A stretch of DNA of 59,835 bases from Pseudomonadota bacterium (GTDB taxonomy: Bacteria; Desulfobacterota; Desulfarculia; Adiutricales; JAGVGV01). Made by a program: the position numbers and the translations under genes. The stretch lies in assembly GCA_018830135.1 (NCBI GenBank), contig JAHJTB010000365.1:1-59835 (forward strand), read 5' to 3'. Position 1 is the stretch's first letter. The number at the start of each line of letters is the position of its first letter. The notes below the pieces were generated by a model. The model did not search any database. It was not told the DNA's origin and saw only the letters and a program-made list of their open reading frames with translations. Positions 29,038-37,727 of the stretch are shown here, one piece after another.

Positions 29038-29496
29038 ATGACCGGTTCGGATTCCGTGATCGTCCGCTGCCCGTCCTGCGGGACCAAAAACCGTATCCCC
29101 GCAAGCCGGCTGAATCAAGGGCCCAAGTGCGGAAAATGCCAGGCGGCCCTGAACGCGGAAACGCTCGAGGGCCCGGCCGGGCCGGTGGTCGTGACCGACG
29201 CGAACTTCGAACCCGAGGTCCTGCGTTCCCCCCTGCCCGTGCTCCTGGACTGCTGGGCCGAATGGTGCGGGCCCTGCCGCATGGTCGGGCCCATCGTCGA
29301 AGAACTGGCCCGCGAATGGCAAGGCCGGATCAAGGTCGGCAAGCTCAACGTCGATCAGAACCCCGGAACCGCGGGACGTTTCCAGATTCGAAGCATCCCC
29401 ACCCTGCTGGTCTTCGACCGGGGCCAGGTGGCCGACACCATCGTCGGCGCACTGCCCAAGGCCCAGATCGTCCAGCGCATGTCCCCCTGGCTTTAA
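29038..29496 (+). CDS. trxC: Thioredoxin 2 (Zn-finger thioredoxin)
   Basis: N-terminal CPSC...CGKC zinc finger followed by a WCGPC active site. Confidence 0.92.
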   Translation: MTGSDSVIVRCPSCGTKNRIPASRLNQGPKCGKCQAALNAETLEGPAGPVVVTDANFEPEVLRSPLPVLLDCWAEWCGPCRMVGPIVEELAREWQGRIKVGKLNVDQNPGTAGRFQIRSIPTLLVFDRGQVADTIVGALPKAQIVQRMSPWL

Positions 29497-29511
29497 CCCG
29501 GAGGCAAGGCC

Positions 29512-29718
29512 ATGTCCGGCACGGTTGACCAGGCGTTCATTCGCCAGATGCAAAAAAAGGTCGAAGACGAACTCCGGAAAAAGGAACGCGAAGTCCTGGA
29601 GTACTGGCGCGGCGAGGTGGACAAGCTGCTCCGGCGTCGCCACCAGGACCTCGCCGGCCTGGCCAGCGACCTCAAGACCCTCAAGGACCGCATGGAAAAG
29701 CGGCTGGCCGCGATCTGA
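29512..29718 (+). CDS. Small coiled-coil hypothetical protein
   Basis: GGAGG RBS, charged heptad-like 68-aa ORF directly after trxC. Confidence 0.6.
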   Translation: MSGTVDQAFIRQMQKKVEDELRKKEREVLEYWRGEVDKLLRRRHQDLAGLASDLKTLKDRMEKRLAAI

Positions 29719-29985
29719 GGGCCGAAAAGCCTGCTTGAAGCGCCGGGCTGCTTCGGAGGCCCCGGGCTTAAGGGACAAGGCGAAACGTTCCCCGTCTACT
29801 CCTCCCTCCAAAAGACCGCGTTAACAGCCAGGTGCATCCATGGTAGCGGAACGCCGCGCTTGTTGCCGCCTGGCCGTTGTGATAGAGTCCCTTGAAAAAT
29901 GACAGGTTCCATCAAGAGCGGGGGCGACACCCAAGCCGGGGTCGTCGTGATTTTTTTTCGATAATCCGGCAGGTCCCGGACTCGG

Positions 29986-30116
29986 GAGACTTGTACGGCG
30001 AAGCCTTGGTGTACGCGGATTTATCAGCCTCTGGCTGATTGCTTCGTCGCCTTTAGGCTTGCAAGGACGGCGCCTGTAAGCTCCGTCACTGCGAGGAGCG
30101 AAGCGACGAAACCGTC
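29986..30116. repeat. Dispersed palindromic repeat (RPE/REP-like), copy 2, with an inverted partner arm
   Basis: Core shared with 14489-14561; the arm CCGTCACTGCGAGGAGCGAAGCGACGAA (30083-30110) pairs with TTCGTCGC...GCAAGGACGG. Confidence 0.75.
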
Positions 30117-30180
30117 TGTCTGAATTCAATCAGCTCGCTTCATCCTGAAAATCGAACGGGTCTGAACACAACGGGGGAGG

Positions 30181-31419
30181 GTGATGGTCAAGCAAAGAGG
30201 GTTTCACTGGGCCTGGGTCGTTCTGGCCGTCTGCTTCGGGGACTTGTTCGTCAACTACTCGATCCGGCTCGGGTACAGCGTCGTGCTCCCGGAAATGATC
30301 CGGGACCTGGGCATCAGCCGGACGGACGCCGGGACGATTTTCAACGCCTACCTGCTGATGTACGTGGCCCTGACGCCTTTAACCGGATACCTGACGGACC
30401 GGATCGGGGCCCGGCGGGTCATCGCCGCCTGCGCCCTGGTCCTGGGGACCGGTTCGATACTCATGGGCACGATCAACAGCCTGTTCTGGGCCTGCGTTTT
30501 CTACGGGGTGGCCGGCCTGGGTTCGACGGGCATGTGGGCCCCCATCGTGACCGTGGTCCAGCGCTGGTTCGCCGTCAGGCGGCGGGGCATGGCCCTGGGG
30601 GTGCTGTCCACGGGCTTCGGTCTGGGCTTTGCCACCATGGGCCTGGTCTTCCCCGCCATCGTCCGTCATTTCAACTGGCGTTTCGCCTGGTATTTCCTGG
30701 GGGGGGCGGCCCTGGTCATGGTCGCGGTCAACGGGCTGCTGCTGCGGAGCGATCCGGATTCGGCCGGTTACCGGCCCTGGGGGGAAACGGGAGACGATAA
30801 ACCGTCGACGGCCGACGCGGCGGCCAAGGCCGCCAGGCCTCCGGCGTCCGTGGCTTTCAGGCAGGGCGCTTTCTGGTTGATCGGCGCCTCGTACTTCTGC
30901 ATCGCCTACTGCGTTTACGGGTTTTCGACCTTCATGATCGACTACGCCCGGTACCAACTGGGCTGGCCCCTGGAACAGGCGAGCTTTCTGGCCACCATCA
31001 GCGGTTTCGGCCAGGTGGCCGGCGTGCTGATCATCCTGCCCCTGTCCGACTACCTGGGCCGGAAGAAGACCATTCTCCTGGCCCACCTGTTCATGGCCCT
31101 GTCCCTGGCCGGACTGTTGCTGGCCGGGGGAGACTGGAAGCTGGTCTACCCCCTGGCCGGGCTGATGGCCGTTTTCGGCGGGGCCATATTTCCGCTTTAC
31201 GGGGCCTGCGCCGGGGACTACTTCCCGCCGGCGATCATGGGCACGGTCATGGGCGCCTGGACGCCCTTCTACGGCCTGGGGGCGGTCGTGGTCCACTGGG
31301 TCACCGGCGCCCTGCGGGACGCCCGGGGCGACTACGACCTGGCCTTCACCATCGCCGTGTCCGCCGCCGTCCTGGCCTTCCTGTTCATGCTTCCGGTCCG
31401 CGGGCGGGTGGAGGGCTGA
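30181..31419 (+). CDS. MFS transporter
   Basis: About 12 hydrophobic segments; motif A GYLTDRIGARR and SDYLGRKK. Confidence 0.92.
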   Translation: MMVKQRGFHWAWVVLAVCFGDLFVNYSIRLGYSVVLPEMIRDLGISRTDAGTIFNAYLLMYVALTPLTGYLTDRIGARRVIAACALVLGTGSILMGTINSLFWACVFYGVAGLGSTGMWAPIVTVVQRWFAVRRRGMALGVLSTGFGLGFATMGLVFPAIVRHFNWRFAWYFLGGAALVMVAVNGLLLRSDPDSAGYRPWGETGDDKPSTADAAAKAARPPASVAFRQGAFWLIGASYFCIAYCVYGFSTFMIDYARYQLGWPLEQASFLATISGFGQVAGVLIILPLSDYLGRKKTILLAHLFMALSLAGLLLAGGDWKLVYPLAGLMAVFGGAIFPLYGACAGDYFPPAIMGTVMGAWTPFYGLGAVVVHWVTGALRDARGDYDLAFTIAVSAAVLAFLFMLPVRGRVEG

Positions 31420-31437
31420 CGGCGAACCCGGGCCGGA

Positions 31438-32064
31438 CTATTCCTTCTGCTTGATCACGACCCGGACCTCGCCTTCGAGGGCCGAGGCGAACTTTTGGGC
31501 ATCCTCCTCGGAGCCGACGATCTTCCCGTAGTGCATGGGCACGGCCACCTTGGGCCGGATGGCCCGAACCGCGGCCACGGCCTGGTCCACGTCCATGACG
31601 TAGGTCCCGGAAACCGGTATCAGGGCGATGTCCACGGCCAGGTCCTTCATCTCGGGGATGAAGTCGGCGTCGCCGGCGTGGTAGATTTTCACGCCGTCCA
31701 TTTCGACGACGAAGCCGAGCCAGCCGTTGTCCTTGGGATGGAAGGCCTTGTCGGTGTTGTACGAGGGCAGGGCCTGGACCTGAAGACCGGCCGCCTCGAT
31801 GCGTTCCCCGGGTACTACCACTTTGACGTTGCCCGAAAGCTTGGGCGCGGACTGGGCTTCGGTGACGATGACCGTGTCCGCTTTGGACAGCCGGGCCACG
31901 TCGTCCGGCGAGCAGTGATCGAAGTGTTCGTGGCTGATCAGGATCAGGTCCGCCTTGGGGCCGTCGTCCACTTCCCAGGGATCGAAGTAGACCACCTTGG
32001 AACCCTGGACGCGGAAGCTGGCGTGTCCCAGCCAATGCACGTTGTCGATCATTTTTTCCGGCAT
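31438..32064 (-). CDS. MBL-fold metal-dependent hydrolase
   Basis: WLGHASF, SHEHFDH, YHAGD, PMHYG; AAGGAGG RBS before ATG 32064. Confidence 0.9.
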   Translation of the reverse strand: MPEKMIDNVHWLGHASFRVQGSKVVYFDPWEVDDGPKADLILISHEHFDHCSPDDVARLSKADTVIVTEAQSAPKLSGNVKVVVPGERIEAAGLQVQALPSYNTDKAFHPKDNGWLGFVVEMDGVKIYHAGDADFIPEMKDLAVDIALIPVSGTYVMDVDQAVAAVRAIRPKVAVPMHYGKIVGSEEDAQKFASALEGEVRVVIKQKE

Positions 32065-32139
32065 GGTATCCTCCTTCGGTGCCAAAGGGTTTGGGGACGG
32101 GAAAGGCGGTCCGGCCCGCCTTGACAGACAAGGCCCGGT

Positions 32140-32673
32140 TCAGGCTCCCGGGAACTGGCGCCTGAATTCCGAGGCGAATACGTCGTATGCCTCCTGGCCG
32201 TAGAGGCAGAAAACGATGCGTTCGAGAACGCTCGTCCCGACGGCGTGTTCCCGGGCCGTTTCCAGCATGATCCGGGCGGCCCGATCCACGGGAAAGCCGA
32301 ATATGCCCGTACTGATGGCCGGGAAGGCGATGGAGGCCATCTGCTTTTCCTCGGCCCGCAGCAGGCTGTTTTTCGTGGCGCTTCGCAGCTTTTGGTCCTC
32401 GTTGCCTTCGCCCATCCGGGGCCCGACGGCGTGAATGACGTAGCGGGCTTTCAAACGGCCGGCCCCGGTCACCACCGCGCCGCCCACGTAGGTCCCGCCG
32501 AGCCGGTTGCATTCCTCCTGGATGGCGGGACCGCCCTTGATCCGGATGGCCCCGGCCACGCCGGCCCCCAGGATGAGACGGTCGTTGGCCGCATTGACGA
32601 TGGCCGTGGTATCCATGTCCGTGATGTCGCCCTGGACGATCTCGATCCCGGTCCGATTGACTTGGGCCTTCAT
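32140..32673 (-). CDS. Macro domain protein (ADP-ribose processing)
   Basis: GDIT, IVNAAN..L..GAGVAGAI, VIHAVGP, FPAISTGIFGFP. Confidence 0.93.
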   Translation of the reverse strand: MKAQVNRTGIEIVQGDITDMDTTAIVNAANDRLILGAGVAGAIRIKGGPAIQEECNRLGGTYVGGAVVTGAGRLKARYVIHAVGPRMGEGNEDQKLRSATKNSLLRAEEKQMASIAFPAISTGIFGFPVDRAARIMLETAREHAVGTSVLERIVFCLYGQEAYDVFASEFRRQFPGA

Positions 32674-32677
32674 GAAA

Positions 32678-34042
32678 TCACTCCTTGGGCTCCGCTCCCC
32701 CGGCCGCCTTCAGACGGGGCCCGAAATAATGGATGATGGCCTCCCGGACGAGCTCCTGGGAGCGGCGCCCCATTTTTTCACCGTGAACCACCAGGGCGGC
32801 CAGGGCCAGGGACTCGCCGCCATTCCGCATCTGCGCATAACTGACGAACCAGTCCACCCGGTGCCCGTCCTCGTCGTCGATGGACCCGGACTTGCCGCCG
32901 ATTTCCAGTTTCGACAAAACCTTGTGACGGGCCAGGTCCCGAAAACGCTTCCGCCCCGTGCCTTCGGTCACCGTGGCATCCATCATCTCCCGCAGTTCCT
33001 TGACCGTCCGGGGCGAAACGACCTGGCCCAGGGAGACCGGCTTGTGTTCGTAGTAGATGTTGTTGTCCATGTCGAAGACTTCCCGGACCACGGTCGGTTC
33101 CATCAACCGGCCGCCGTTGACGATGGCCGAGGCCAGCATGGCCCCGTGCAGCGGGGAGACCCGGGTGGTGCGGTTGAATCCCGAGGCCAGTTCGGCCATA
33201 CGGTAGGGGTCCTCGCCTTCCGGCGCCTCGAAGCGGCTTTTCTGGACCGGCATTTCAAAAATGATCGGCTGGTTGAACTGGAACCGGCGGGCAAAGCCTT
33301 CCAGGGCCTTGGGGCCCAGGGAAAAGGCCCCCAGTTTGCCGAAAACCGTGTTGATACTGTCGGCAAAGCCTTCCTTGAGGGTCACTTCGTTGGAACCCTC
33401 CTGGATGCCGCCCTTGATGTGCTGCTTGTACAACGTGTGTTTGCGTCCGTCATAGGCCAGGGTCGAACTGCTGCTCAGATGCTGGTTTTCCACGGCCGCG
33501 GCCGCCGTGACGATCTTGAACAGGCTGGCCGCCGGGAAATTTCCGTTCAAGGCCATGTTGATGGGCCGCCCGTCGGCCCGGAAACTGGCCATGGCCAGGA
33601 CCTCGCCGCTCTTGGGGCTCATGGCCACCAGGGCCGCCGAGAGGCTGTTGACCTTGGGCAGTTCCCGCAGGGCCCAGGTCTGAAGCGCGGGGTCCATGGT
33701 GGTTCGCACAAAAAGCGAGTGGCCCTGTTCGTCGTCGATCTTGAAGGTGCGTATCTCGTCGATTTGAAAGGCGTGGGGGCCGATGATCCTGGCCAGTTGC
33801 TTCTTATCCAGCCGCTCTTCCGGAATCGGGGCCTTCTCGCCGGGCTTGACCAGGACCACGTCCGGTCCCGCGCCCGCGCCTCCGCTGTTGAACAGGGACG
33901 GGATGACGGCCACGACCAGGTAAGCGAGGCCGGCCAGGCCGAGCAGGGACAGGAAGGCGAAGCGCAACCTTTTCTTCAGGCGGCCCCGGGTCCGTCCCCG
34001 CTGGAGTATGTTTTGACTGGCTCGCCAGTCGGAATAGGGCAT
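32678..34042 (-). CDS. Penicillin-binding protein (transpeptidase domain)
   Basis: N-terminal TM helix; SxxK (SLFK), SxN (SIN) and KSG motifs. Confidence 0.9.
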   Translation of the reverse strand: MPYSDWRASQNILQRGRTRGRLKKRLRFAFLSLLGLAGLAYLVVAVIPSLFNSGGAGAGPDVVLVKPGEKAPIPEERLDKKQLARIIGPHAFQIDEIRTFKIDDEQGHSLFVRTTMDPALQTWALRELPKVNSLSAALVAMSPKSGEVLAMASFRADGRPINMALNGNFPAASLFKIVTAAAAVENQHLSSSSTLAYDGRKHTLYKQHIKGGIQEGSNEVTLKEGFADSINTVFGKLGAFSLGPKALEGFARRFQFNQPIIFEMPVQKSRFEAPEGEDPYRMAELASGFNRTTRVSPLHGAMLASAIVNGGRLMEPTVVREVFDMDNNIYYEHKPVSLGQVVSPRTVKELREMMDATVTEGTGRKRFRDLARHKVLSKLEIGGKSGSIDDEDGHRVDWFVSYAQMRNGGESLALAALVVHGEKMGRRSQELVREAIIHYFGPRLKAAGGAEPKE

Positions 34043-34085
34043 GGCGACGTGTCTGCCTCGGTGCCGAGGAAAGGATCGGCCGGAA

Positions 34086-35372
<1,287 letters not shown>

Positions 35373-35481
35373 CCCCCGCCGCTGATCGCTTGGCGTTCAT
35401 GGCGAAAAGTAACATGCTCCCCGGACGCGGGTCAATCATAAAACCGGGCGCCTCCGGCCGTTTCCGGCTCGCCGGGCCGAC

Positions 35482-35510
35482 TTGAAACATATGTCTGAAA
35501 GGGTTATAAT
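35482..35510 (+). promoter_or_regulatory. sigma70-type promoter
   Basis: TTGAAA-17 bp-TATAAT upstream of the GGAGG RBS of the mini rod-like gene. Confidence 0.7.
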
Positions 35511-35535
35511 TTCCCCGTTGGGAGGAACGAGCGCC

Positions 35536-35892
35536 ATGGACATCAATCGGCCCGAAATGACCGCCCTGCTGACGTATTCGACCCGGGTGACGGCTACGGC
35601 CAACAACCTTGCCAACATGGAAAGCCGGGGCTACAAGGCCCAGCGCGTTCACACGGTCGAACTGCCCGGGGGCGGCGTGTCCGTGACCGTGAGCCAGGAC
35701 ATCAGTCCGGGACGGCCCATCGTGGACCCGGAGGGACTGCCCGGGTCGGAAGGTCCCCTGGAGGGGTCCAACGTGGACCCGGGCCGCGAAATGATCGACC
35801 TGATCACCACCCAACGCTATTTCGAGGCCAACGCCCGGGCCCTCCGTTCGATCGAGGAGACCCGGGGACAGGTCCTGGACATCGTCATCTGA
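35536..35892 (+). CDS. Small flagellar basal-body rod/hook-family protein (N- and C-terminal axial motifs only)
   Basis: ANNLANMES.GYK and SNVD..EM..LI..QRYFEAN; 118 aa. Confidence 0.8.
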   Translation: MDINRPEMTALLTYSTRVTATANNLANMESRGYKAQRVHTVELPGGGVSVTVSQDISPGRPIVDPEGLPGSEGPLEGSNVDPGREMIDLITTQRYFEANARALRSIEETRGQVLDIVI

Positions 35893-36158
35893 ACATGCAG
35901 GGCGGGCGCATTCCCCGCAGCTTGCCGCGGGGTCAGCCCGCCAACCAATATGGGTTATTCTTCCTTTCATGTCGAAGATTCCCCGCGGCACACCGCGGGG
36001 AGCTTCAACCAGCCCTCCGTCATCTCCTTGCGCCGGACCCGGCGGTCCATCGAAGCCCGAGTCAAAAAAATGGCTTGTCGCCCGAGCGTCAAAATAATAT
36101 CATTACGGTATTATCGGTCCCGGTCAGACCGGATAGCTCCCCAGACGAAAGGGTGGCC

Positions 36159-37529
36159 ATGAGTTCGATTCTTTTCGCTCACCGCGACCCCAAAGCGGCC
36201 GAAACCGTAAAACCGATCCTCAAAGCGAAGAACCTCCTGCTTCTGAGGGCGGACGACGGGGTTCGCGCCCTGGAGATTATCGAAAACGAACCGGTCGTCG
36301 CCGCCTGGGTCCAGCAGGACCTGCCCGGTCTCGACGGCGAACAGTTGCTGCGGCGCCTGGACCTCCAGGACCTGGACATCCGGGTCGTGCTGATGTCCGA
36401 AGACCCATCCTTGAAGGCCGCCCGGTCCGCCCTTCGCGCCGGCGCTTACGACTATCTGCCCCTGCCTCTGGATGAAAACGAGTTTTCCGACTGCCTGGAG
36501 CGCATTCTGGAAGAAGAGGCCGAACCGGCCGGCCTGCCGCCGGCCGGCCCGGTCCCGGGCCGCTTCGACCATATCGTCGGCCAGAGCCAGGCCATCCGCT
36601 CGGTCTTTCGCCTGGTGGAAAAGGTGGCCGATACGGACAGTACGGTCATGATCTACGGCGAATCGGGGACCGGCAAGGAGTTGATCGCCCGGGCCCTGCA
36701 CCAGCACAGCCGACGAAGGGACATGCCCCTCATTCCGGTCAACTGCGGGGCCATCCCCGAGGAACTGCTGGAAAGCGAACTGTTCGGCCACGAAAAGGGC
36801 GCTTTTACCAGCGCGATCCGCATGCGCATCGGCCGCTTCGAAATGGCCAGCGGCGGAACGATTTTCCTCGACGAAATCGCGGACATGAGTCCCAAACTTC
36901 AGGTCAAGATCCTGCGGGTCCTTCAGGAACAGCAGTTCGAGCGCATCGGTGGAAGCAAGACCATCAACGTCGATATCCGGGTCATCACCGCCACCAATAA
37001 AAATCTGCGCCAGGCCATGGAACACGGCCGCTTTCGGGAAGACCTCTTCTACCGGCTCAACGTCATCCCCATGACCGTCCCGCCCTTGCGGGAGCGCCAG
37101 GCCGACATCCCCCTCCTGATCGAACACTTCCTCCATCAGTTCCATCTGAACAAAGGCAGTCGGGCCAAGAGCATCGATCACGAAACCATGGCCCGGCTCA
37201 TGGCCTATCCCTGGCCCGGCAACATACGCGAACTCGAAAACCTGGTCGAGCGCATGGTCATCCTGGCCGAAAACGAGACCCTGACGGTCGTGGACCTTCC
37301 GGCCCGCATCCGGGAGGCCGTGGCCGCCCCCGGCCAGGCCCCGGTCGAGATACCCGAGGAGGGAATCGATTTCAATCAGGTCGTTTCGGACTTTGAAGAC
37401 CAACTCCTGCTCCAGGCCCTGGAAAAGGCCGGCTGGGTCAAGAACAAGGCGGCCAACCTGCTCAAGCTCAACCGGACCACCCTGGTCGAAAAGCTGAAAA
37501 AGAAAAAGATCAACCCGCCCGGGGGGTGA
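36159..37529 (+). CDS. sigma54 enhancer-binding regulator, FleQ/FlrA-like flagellar master regulator
   Basis: GESGTGKE, ELFGHEKGAFTSA, FLDEI, FREDLFYRLNV, HTH NRTTLVEKL; degenerate receiver domain; heads the flagellar cluster. Confidence 0.85.
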   Translation: MSSILFAHRDPKAAETVKPILKAKNLLLLRADDGVRALEIIENEPVVAAWVQQDLPGLDGEQLLRRLDLQDLDIRVVLMSEDPSLKAARSALRAGAYDYLPLPLDENEFSDCLERILEEEAEPAGLPPAGPVPGRFDHIVGQSQAIRSVFRLVEKVADTDSTVMIYGESGTGKELIARALHQHSRRRDMPLIPVNCGAIPEELLESELFGHEKGAFTSAIRMRIGRFEMASGGTIFLDEIADMSPKLQVKILRVLQEQQFERIGGSKTINVDIRVITATNKNLRQAMEHGRFREDLFYRLNVIPMTVPPLRERQADIPLLIEHFLHQFHLNKGSRAKSIDHETMARLMAYPWPGNIRELENLVERMVILAENETLTVVDLPARIREAVAAPGQAPVEIPEEGIDFNQVVSDFEDQLLLQALEKAGWVKNKAANLLKLNRTTLVEKLKKKKINPPGG

Positions 37530-37676
37530 TTCCAGCCCGTCGTTCGACACTTTTTTGACGATTTTCCGCTCCGACTCCCGTCAAAGCATCATAGGATTCA
37601 TCGGACACCGATCCCGGATTGTTTTTTAACACAATGAATTCATTGGCAAACATCGCCCGGTCTTCTCTCGGGGGCA

Positions 37677-37692
37677 TGGTACGGAAATTGCT
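37677..37692 (+). promoter_or_regulatory. sigma54 (-24/-12) promoter of the TPR-sensor-regulator operon
   Basis: TGGTAC-GGAAA-TTGCT. Confidence 0.8.
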
Positions 37693-37727
37693 ACCTCCAG
37701 GGACGATGTCTGCTTGGAGACCAATCT

